6,154 bases of DNA from positions 1 to 6,154 of the IMG/VR virus record IMGVR_UViG_3300045988_046521; one strand, written 5' to 3'. Of the stretch, positions 1 through 5,126 are shown in pieces. The DNA comes from a virus. The translations under genes were made by a program, and so were the position numbers. Each line of letters begins with the position of its first letter. Position 1 is the stretch's first letter. The notes beneath the pieces were generated by a model that worked only from the letters and a program-made list of their open reading frames with translations, was not told the DNA's origin and ran no database searches.

Positions 1-55
1 AGAGGCGCAATACCTTGCTGCGGAGCAGTAAGGGCGGAAGTGTATGCGTCACTTT
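1..55. repeat. Terminal direct repeat, copy A; marks a circular genome and lies inside the VP1 coding sequence
   Basis: Base-by-base comparison: agaggcgcaataccttgctgcggagcagtaagggcggaagtgtatgcgtcacttt at 1-55 equals 6100-6154. The repeat is cut off by the window end. 55 is a standard de Bruijn k-mer size, so this is probably an assembly overlap of a circle. Confidence 0.97.
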
Positions 56-1304
56 GCCAATTAGCATAAAAAAGAGATTTAGGGGTGAGAGAATCAGCAC
101 CACCAGCATCATTGGTAATAAAACGATTATAAGTCTTTTTACCATTAAGAATAAACGGATTATTACGAGTATTACGAATATATGCATTATACACAGCTTC
201 GTAAGCACGGAAAGGATAAGCGGAAATCTTAATAGCTTTATTATCCGTGGAGCCAACACCGTAATACGGAGTAACACCAGCGTAATAATTAGTTACGGTA
301 AAATCCTCAAAGCCAACATAGTTGAATTTCAGGGTATGGTTAGAACCAGAGTTCCAAAACTGGGAAGCTTGACGGACGGCAAAATACAATTTAGAACTGA
401 TATTACCAGAGGCATCAATATGACCTTTAATACGAACACGAGCCGTAATACGGGTCATAGTATTATTAGTAGGAGATTGACGAATGACTACTTGCGCAGG
501 AGACATATAAACACGATCAAAAGGAGACTGACCAGAGGAAGTAGTCGACGGAATATCAATCGAACTAATAAATTCAAAGCCGAAACATTTCTTATAAAGC
601 TCCAAAGCAGGATTATTAGCAGTACGAAGTTCCAACCAGAAAGTAAAGTTCAAGAACACAGTCTGACTTTTATAAGGTTCAGATTTACCGGTATATGCAG
701 AGACAAGAGGAACAAAAGCAAGATCAGTCAAGCCATTATTACATGTACCAGAAACGGTAAGACCGTTTTCCAAATAATTGTCAGAAAGAACACCAGCGTC
801 ATTGAGCAAACCGTTGGTATTTACACGCAAAACACGACCATCGACATCAAATTTATCTTTTGAAAATTGAGCAGCAAAATTGCCAATAGGGGTACCAGAA
901 ACTTGCTGGTTAGTAGGTATACCGAAATAATCACCAAGACCAGAGGGAGAAAGAGCACCACCTTCGTTATAATCATTAGCTGAAAAATTCATATAGGGAG
1001 GTTCATACTCTTCCGTGTTATCAGAGCTAATAAAGTCCATATAGTCCTTCCAGAGTGTACGCAAAGGAACTTTATAGAAAGACAAATAGGCTTTCATCTT
1101 CGTCTGGATAGGGAACATCATAGGCATGAACCGAAGTCCAAACTCGGGCTTAATACGAATAGAACTATTAGGCGGCACCAACTCTGTAAAAACAGGAGTG
1201 ATGCGACCTAAATCTGTAGTAAAATTGTTATCATGCGACCAGTCAAAACTGTTACGCTTGACGTCATTTTTGACATCACCAATTTTATTAAATACACTTG
1301 CCAT
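1..1304 (-). CDS. VP1: Major capsid protein VP1 (phiX174 F-like), 5' portion: codons 1-434 plus 2 nt. It continues across the circular junction into 6099..5127. Full gene is 2277 nt, or 758 aa plus TAA.
   Basis: ATG at 1304-1302 follows an in-frame TAA at 1310-1308. I read every in-phase triplet from 1302 down to 3 and found no tta/cta/tca (no minus-strand stop). The ORF track misses this ORF because it runs off the window edge. N-terminus: MASVFNKIGDVKNDVKRNSFDWSHDNNFTTDLGRITPVFTELVPPNSSIRIKPEFGLRFMPMMFPIQTKMKAYLSFYKVPLRTLW. Further motifs GDYFGIP, AYPFRAYEAVYNAYIRN and DAYTSALTAPQQG match conserved microvirus capsid blocks as I recall them. Confidence 0.95.
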   Translation of the reverse strand, partial: MASVFNKIGDVKNDVKRNSFDWSHDNNFTTDLGRITPVFTELVPPNSSIRIKPEFGLRFMPMMFPIQTKMKAYLSFYKVPLRTLWKDYMDFISSDNTEEYEPPYMNFSANDYNEGGALSPSGLGDYFGIPTNQQVSGTPIGNFAAQFSKDKFDVDGRVLRVNTNGLLNDAGVLSDNYLENGLTVSGTCNNGLTDLAFVPLVSAYTGKSEPYKSQTVFLNFTFWLELRTANNPALELYKKCFGFEFISSIDIPSTTSSGQSPFDRVYMSPAQVVIRQSPTNNTMTRITARVRIKGHIDASGNISSKLYFAVRQASQFWNSGSNHTLKFNYVGFEDFTVTNYYAGVTPYYGVGSTDNKAIKISAYPFRAYEAVYNAYIRNTRNNPFILNGKKTYNRFITNDAGGADSLTPKSLFYANWQSDAYTSALTAPQQGIAP

Positions 1305-1579
1305 TACTTAAATGATTGAGGTTGAAAAATTGTTGTAGAATCCACAGAAGAAGAACTACTACTCTCACTACTTTGAGTAGAGTTGTTGTTGTTTTTCTGA
1401 ACCGAGAAGGTTACCGTACAGGACGGCAAGAACAAAAGCAAGAGCGAAAGACCAATAACGACAAGTGCATACAAAACATAATACACTACGAGGTTAAAAG
1501 TATTCTCGCCATCTATTGCGCTCAACGGAGAGGGCAATATTTTCCGCAAGAGCGCCAAGATTTGTTTTTTTGTCACCAT
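1304..1579 (-). CDS. Small single-pass membrane protein, 91 aa from ATG 1579. Alternative starts are GTG 1603 (99 aa) and GTG 1486 (60 aa). Function unknown.
   Basis: Open frame from 1603 to TAA at 1306-1304. The stop overlaps the VP1 ATG as TAATG. A 23-residue uncharged stretch, LVVYYVLYALVVIGLSLLLLFLP (nt 1424-1492), begins just after the VP4 stop. It is followed by a polar Asn/Ser-rich tail (QKNNNNSTQSSESSSSSSVDSTT). The 1307-1493 part lies in no other gene, yet one frame stays open for 62 codons. The fraction of T/C-ending codons is similar to VP4 but much lower than VP1. Confidence 0.5.
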   Translation of the reverse strand: MVTKKQILALLRKILPSPLSAIDGENTFNLVVYYVLYALVVIGLSLLLLFLPSCTVTFSVQKNNNNSTQSSESSSSSSVDSTTIFQPQSFK

Positions 1580-3041
1580 ACTTCTTTTTAAATATCTCAA
1601 CACGATTTTTTAAATACTGTTCTCGACTGCGAAAATACGAATCATCTATTTCAATTTCCAAAACTTTTCGTGCTAAAATATTCAAACGCTCTGTTAAAGT
1701 GTACATATATTCATTAAAATACTCACGATCTTTTATCCAATTACCAATATTAATGTAAGGTATATTAACAGGAGCATATTCGCGCACATGAGTATAAGCT
1801 TCAGCCCATTTTTTACGCTTAAGGGGATCACAAAACTCATCCGTATAGTACTGCAACTCACCGTCAATAAAGCGAGCCATAGGCCAAAGGCGATATAATT
1901 GCTGGGCACATTGTTCAAATAATATAAAAGTGTAACAAAAATTACGAACTGTCTCATACTCTTTCGATTTTAAATAGGATGAAGGAGAAGGAATTAACGT
2001 AGATTTAACCCATGAATCTATAGGCATAAAGAAAAGCTTACCCGAACCGGTGACACGATCAACAACGGGAAGAGCTTCGAGAGAGGGATTACTCAAAATC
2101 TCGTCTTTTCGAGAACGGATATAAGCGGAACCAATACCGCCACCTCGATTAGAAGCGGTACGAAATGGAGGCTCGCAGGTAGAATGCGGAGCATTAGAGC
2201 CTTTTACCATATATTTAGTGATATAGGCAGGTGCACCAGAATTGGCAGGAAGAACTTTTATCGATCCGATCGGATACCGACGATAAATAAAAGCTCCTGA
2301 CGGATAACGTAAGCGCGCGCCAGCGCATAGATGCGCAACAGCCGAGCAGGAGTTACGCTCCTTATATTGATTGAATGGACAGGTTCGACATTTACCATAG
2401 AAAGGTATGCGTTTACCGTTTTCGTCAACCTGGAAGTAAGACCATGCTTTTTGTATAAACGATTGGACCTTAAGTATATCCTTAAAATGTGTAACAGGGA
2501 AACCCCACAAAAGTAAATGATAATGAGGTCTCTTGGTTTTAGAACCATACTCGCCACACGCGAGATAGCGAAGCGAATGAGGAATAGCTTGATTATCGAG
2601 AAGAGAGCGTAAACGCTTGAAAAACAATTGCAAATCCAATTTTCGGAGTGTTTCATAACCATGTTCATTTTTGGGAAGATGTTCGGGATTATAAGTGAGT
2701 GTAATAAAAAGGGGCGCAGAACCAGTAGTCTCTGTTTCCATGATAGCGCGAGTAGCCAAAGCATTAGCTTTACGTTTACGGCAGATAATACAAGAACCAC
2801 AAGGGACAGCGATATAAAGAGGAATCATATCACCAGTTTCCGAATTTAAAAGGTAACAATGCTCTATGTCCGAAAGACCAATAGACCATTTTTTCGGAGA
2901 ATATTGCCAAGGCTCGAGAACAAAGGTGTCCATGATCCAGCATTGACAACGTTCACGAATGTAAATACGATCAAAATTCAGAGCCTTTTTACGGGCCTCT
3001 GGATTGATAAGAATAACAGGATGCAAGCACTTAATATCCAT
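1494..3041 (-). CDS. VP4: Replication initiation protein VP4 (phiX174 gene A-like HUH rolling-circle endonuclease), 515 aa
   Basis: Complete ORF from ATG 3041 to TAA 1496-1494. Motif I FITLTY at nt 2691-2708, motif II HYHLLLW (HUH) at 2505-2525, and motif III YITKYMVK (two catalytic Tyr spaced as in phiX174 A) at 2202-2225; motifs I and II were verified by back-translation. CGSCIIC cluster upstream of motif I at 2781-2801. Confidence 0.95.
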   Translation of the reverse strand: MDIKCLHPVILINPEARKKALNFDRIYIRERCQCWIMDTFVLEPWQYSPKKWSIGLSDIEHCYLLNSETGDMIPLYIAVPCGSCIICRKRKANALATRAIMETETTGSAPLFITLTYNPEHLPKNEHGYETLRKLDLQLFFKRLRSLLDNQAIPHSLRYLACGEYGSKTKRPHYHLLLWGFPVTHFKDILKVQSFIQKAWSYFQVDENGKRIPFYGKCRTCPFNQYKERNSCSAVAHLCAGARLRYPSGAFIYRRYPIGSIKVLPANSGAPAYITKYMVKGSNAPHSTCEPPFRTASNRGGGIGSAYIRSRKDEILSNPSLEALPVVDRVTGSGKLFFMPIDSWVKSTLIPSPSSYLKSKEYETVRNFCYTFILFEQCAQQLYRLWPMARFIDGELQYYTDEFCDPLKRKKWAEAYTHVREYAPVNIPYINIGNWIKDREYFNEYMYTLTERLNILARKVLEIEIDDSYFRSREQYLKNRVEIFKKKYGDKKTNLGALAENIALSVERNRWREYF

Positions 3042-3043
3042 GA

Positions 3044-3274
3044 TTATAAAGGAAGATTTTCATCCATATCAAAAAAAGTATCAATATAATAACCAATGAC
3101 ACAGACACCAGTGGCAGGTACAATATAATCACGAAGCCAACAAAGCTCGGAACGAGCAGGTAAAGGATCGGTATAAACACGCGTCTTAACAAAAGACTCT
3201 CTCCAGATAGAGCGACCAGCCTTAACACCAAAAAAACGCTTAAATTTTAGAACACCTTGATATCTTCTTTCCAT
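3044..3274 (-). CDS. Hypothetical small protein, 76 aa, with a strongly basic N-terminal half and an acidic C-terminus
   Basis: ATG 3274 to TAA 3046-3044, only 2 nt before the VP4 ATG (TAA-TC-ATG). It is the first ORF after the noncoding region. Sequence: MERRYQGVLKFKRFFGVKAGRSIWRESFVKTR...FFDMDENLPL. I recognise no family. Confidence 0.55.
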   Translation of the reverse strand: MERRYQGVLKFKRFFGVKAGRSIWRESFVKTRVYTDPLPARSELCWLRDYIVPATGVCVIGYYIDTFFDMDENLPL

Positions 3275-3319
3275 GACTTAATAAATTATTGTTTAACATG
3301 ATGCAAAATAAAATCATCA

Positions 3320-3327
3320 CAAAAATA
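3320..3327 (-). promoter_or_regulatory. Candidate Bacteroidetes-type -7 promoter box TATTTTTG (consensus TAnnTTTG)
   Basis: Plus-strand caaaaata at 3320-3327 is TATTTTTG on the coding strand, 46 nt upstream of the ATG at 3274. No TTTG -33 element is present at the expected 19-21 nt spacing, and the host is unknown. In T-rich DNA such a match is easily due to chance. Confidence 0.2.
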
Positions 3328-3343
3328 AAAGCAAGAACCGACT

Positions 3344-3361
3344 ATATGTTATAAAACATAT
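3344..3361. repeat. AT-rich hairpin: 7-bp stem atatgtt/aacatat with 4-nt loop ataa
   Basis: Pairs read directly from 3344-3361 through 3350-3355. It lies immediately upstream of the candidate -7 box. The stem is weak (one G-C pair). Confidence 0.4.
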
Positions 3362-3447
3362 TTCGGAATATTATTTCTATAATGCTAAGGTATCATTTGC
3401 AACTTCAATAGTCTACATGTCAGTTGCGCTTATATTATCAAGAGGGA

Positions 3448-3461
3448 TAGAGCCGGCTCTA
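3448..3461. repeat. Perfect 14-nt palindrome tagagccggctcta
   Basis: The sequence equals its own reverse complement and has a GC-rich core (gccggc) within an AT-rich genome. It could be an operator for a dimeric protein, or a 5-bp stem with 4-nt loop in ssDNA. Confidence 0.7.
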
Positions 3462-3531
3462 ACCGCCGTGGGACAATCCTACTCATTTTTATTGGTTTAG
3501 GGTACGCGCGTCTAATGTTAAGGGTAAACGG

Positions 3532-3598
3532 AAAAAGCGAGGCGAACCATTAGCATTTACGGATACATCTATCCTGTAACGCGCTTGGCTCGCTTCGC
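3532..3598 (-). terminator. Candidate intrinsic terminator or ssDNA structural element: a 12-bp outer stem enclosing a 9-bp inner hairpin, followed by T5
   Basis: On the coding strand, GCGAAGCGAGCC (3598-3587) pairs with GGTTCGCCTCGC (3548-3537): 10 Watson-Crick pairs, 1 G-U and 1 A-C mismatch. The inner hairpin at 3557-3579 is ttacggata/tatcc(t)gtaa with loop catc and one bulge. TTTTT follows directly at 3536-3532. It lies about 90-155 nt downstream of the VP2 stop. The large internal loop is atypical for a simple terminator. Confidence 0.35.
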
Positions 3599-3614
3599 TC
3601 GATTCGCTGACGCT
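3582..3614. repeat. Iteron-like cluster of five CGCT cores (three are TCGCT) within 33 nt
   Basis: CGCT at 3582, 3591, 3596, 3605 and 3611. Inverted AGCGA copies at 3536-3540 and 3684-3688. The cluster overlaps the 5' arm of the outer stem above. Confidence 0.6.
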
Positions 3615-3689
3615 CATTTGGTATATTTCGCCACGCCTACGGCTTGCTGCATTAATGGATAATGAGTACGCCTAACGGCGATTAGCGAG

Positions 3690-4802
3690 TTACTTCTTAC
3701 CAGAGCGCAGGAGTTTCTTCGCAATACCACCAGGAGACGGAAGCCAATCAGAAGCAACCTGCGAAATATGATACAATGACTGAGTAGCCTGATTAGCGAC
3801 GGTAACGATACGCTGAGCATCGTCATACTTTTGGTCCTGCTGAAGCTTAAAAACAGCAGCATCACGGTGAATATCTATGCTATTAGTATAATGCTCGACT
3901 TGCGTCTTTTGGGCATCCGTAAGACGGATATTTGCCTGTTTGAGGGCAGTATCAGTGTCGATATTATTAACTTTAGCATACATAGTTACGAGGATACTCT
4001 TTGCCTCAGCTTCGGAAAGATTAACTTTCGCATCAGTCTCACGTACACGACGTGCAAACTCTTCACACTCGAGGTCAAAACGGCGATTATTAAGTATAGC
4101 GGTAGTACGATTAAGAACGGTAGCACTATCCAAATTCGCAGTACGAGACCATGTTTCAGAAATCTGTGCCTTAAGTAAGTTAACATGCTCATTAATATCA
4201 TTAATTTCAGAAATAAGCTTGCTTTTCTGTTCAGCAGTATATTCTGCCTGCGCTTTAGTTAGCTGAACCTCAAGACCAGACATTTTTATAGCATTATCAG
4301 AAGATGCAGCCTTTACAAAATTATCAATATTAAGAGATGTTACTTCACCTTCTTTTTTCGAAGTATCAGCCTTAATATTTTTCGTTTCCGCAACGGTTTT
4401 AGCATACGCAGCACCCTGGAAAAGGGATTCCATCATAGTAGGGGTACCCATAATAGGACCTGCAACATCAGCAGGAGGAACATTACCAACAGAAGCACTA
4501 CCAGCGACATTGCTATCCACAAGACCAGAAGCACCATTACCGTACATGAGATCGGGATTCAAGCCAGCATCTTTTAAACGCTTCATGACAGCGGAAGGGT
4601 TATTATAGGCACGCTCATCAGCAAGATTTTCACGTTCGATGCCTACTTGCCATTTCGCCATATCTTCCTGCCATTTACGAGCTTTTTCGTTCTCTTCACG
4701 CTGGGCTTTAATGGCAGATTCTTGACGTTTTTTAGCACCAATACCAGAGAAGGCACCTCCCAAAAGGGAGGTACCAACACCTAACAAATCTTTAATCGGC
4801 AT
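3690..4802 (-). CDS. VP2: DNA pilot / minor capsid protein VP2 (phiX174 H-like), 370 aa
   Basis: Complete ORF from ATG 4802 (first start after in-frame TAA at 4817-4815) to TAA 3692-3690. It has a Gly-rich hydrophobic N-terminus, LLGVGTSLLGGAFSGIGAKK. The block AYNNPSAVMKRLKDAGLNPDLMY (its NPSAV..LMY part at nt 4542-4601) is one I recall as conserved in gokusho/alpa-type VP2. A long Gln/Glu/Lys-rich helical region follows, as in phiX174 H. It holds the expected position downstream of VP1. Confidence 0.85.
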   Translation of the reverse strand: MPIKDLLGVGTSLLGGAFSGIGAKKRQESAIKAQREENEKARKWQEDMAKWQVGIERENLADERAYNNPSAVMKRLKDAGLNPDLMYGNGASGLVDSNVAGSASVGNVPPADVAGPIMGTPTMMESLFQGAAYAKTVAETKNIKADTSKKEGEVTSLNIDNFVKAASSDNAIKMSGLEVQLTKAQAEYTAEQKSKLISEINDINEHVNLLKAQISETWSRTANLDSATVLNRTTAILNNRRFDLECEEFARRVRETDAKVNLSEAEAKSILVTMYAKVNNIDTDTALKQANIRLTDAQKTQVEHYTNSIDIHRDAAVFKLQQDQKYDDAQRIVTVANQATQSLYHISQVASDWLPSPGGIAKKLLRSGKK

Positions 4803-4814
4803 GACAGTACAATT

Positions 4815-5120
4815 TTAAGTAAGATGATCCTTTTCACGTTTACGAGCTTTCATAATACGCGCTTTTGACTGCTGGGACATCTCCCAGAGAGAATTTCTAT
4901 CCGCATCCACTTTGAGTTCCGGGGGAACTTCGAGACCAGAATCTATAGAATAGAAATTATTCGCATTAGGAACAGATACGGGAACACCTTGACGAGCAAG
5001 ACGTTCAATATTAGAGGGAGTAATCGACAAACCAGAAATAACAGGTTCATCAGTTGAAACACGCTTTACAGATACACGATAAAACGGTTCAGACGGATTA
5101 ATACGAGATAATACTTTCAT
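4815..5120 (-). CDS. Hypothetical protein, 101 aa, between VP1 and VP2, with a basic C-terminal tail
   Basis: ATG 5120 lies 6 nt after the VP1 stop. TAA 4817-4815 lies 12 nt before the VP2 start. The ORF fills the whole VP1-VP2 gap. The C-terminus is SQQSKARIMKARKREKDHLT. I recognise no family. Confidence 0.6.
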   Translation of the reverse strand: MKVLSRINPSEPFYRVSVKRVSTDEPVISGLSITPSNIERLARQGVPVSVPNANNFYSIDSGLEVPPELKVDADRNSLWEMSQQSKARIMKARKREKDHLT

Positions 5121-5126
5121 AACAAA

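Larger units (their letters stand above)
3275..3689 (-). promoter_or_regulatory. Sole large noncoding region: an AT-rich promoter-proximal half (about 3275-3420) and a GC-rich structured half (about 3421-3689)
   Basis: No ORF of 60 aa or more lies fully inside it. It sits between the VP2 stop (3690) and the first gene start (3274) of a unidirectional gene array, so it must hold the main promoter and terminator and probably origin functions. A clear composition shift is visible by eye near 3420. Confidence 0.8.

Noticed and set aside
1-55. The 55-nt direct terminal repeat read as a biological terminal repeat, an LTR or a mobile-element end
   Set aside because: It lies inside the capsid coding sequence, it is truncated by the window end, and its length equals a standard assembler k-mer. 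Circular permutation of a circular genome explains it fully.
15-863. 282-aa plus-strand ORF, the second-longest complete ORF in the track
   Set aside because: It is the codon-aligned antisense shadow of VP1. In the stretches I read, nearly all VP1 codons end in T or C. Antisense codons in the same register therefore begin with A or G and cannot be stops. It starts at TTG, and its product is Arg/Ile/Thr/Asn/Ser-rich junk with no recognisable motif. The opposite strand carries clear capsid motifs.
3399-3410. gCAACTTcaata, resembling the start of the phiX174 origin (CAACTTGATATTAATAAC)
   Set aside because: Only 6 contiguous identical bases, and it lies on the strand complementary to the presumed viral strand. 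The flanking 6-bp inverted repeat gcaact/agttgc (3399-3404 with 3422-3427) is weak.
3450-3468. tRNA-like string GGTTAGAGC on the minus strand, resembling a D-loop/D-stem
   Set aside because: No complementary GCTC for a D-stem, no anticodon stem (GGCTC has no GAGCC partner at the right spacing), and no GTTCGAATC-type T-loop. The resemblance comes from the palindrome.
3422-3523. dif-like (XerC/D) half-sites. gttgcgcttatattat (3423-3438) shares TGCGC and TATATTAT with E. coli dif GGTGCGCATAATGTATATTATGTTAAAT. ggtacgcgcgtctaatgttaagg (3501-3523) shares GGT-CGC and ATGTTAA.
   Set aside because: In both cases the spacing between arms is 4-5 nt too short and the conserved XerD arm is not reproduced. 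The AT-rich 7-8-mers are easy chance matches. I keep it only as a hypothesis to test against the actual host dif, within the noncoding-module finding.
3614-3865. 83-aa minus-strand ORF overlapping the VP2 3' end and running into the noncoding region
   Set aside because: It is in the +1 phase of VP2 and is Leu/Arg/Ser-rich like the other compositional +1 ORFs. There is no sign of independent expression, and its tail merely reads through the first 76 nt of noncoding DNA.
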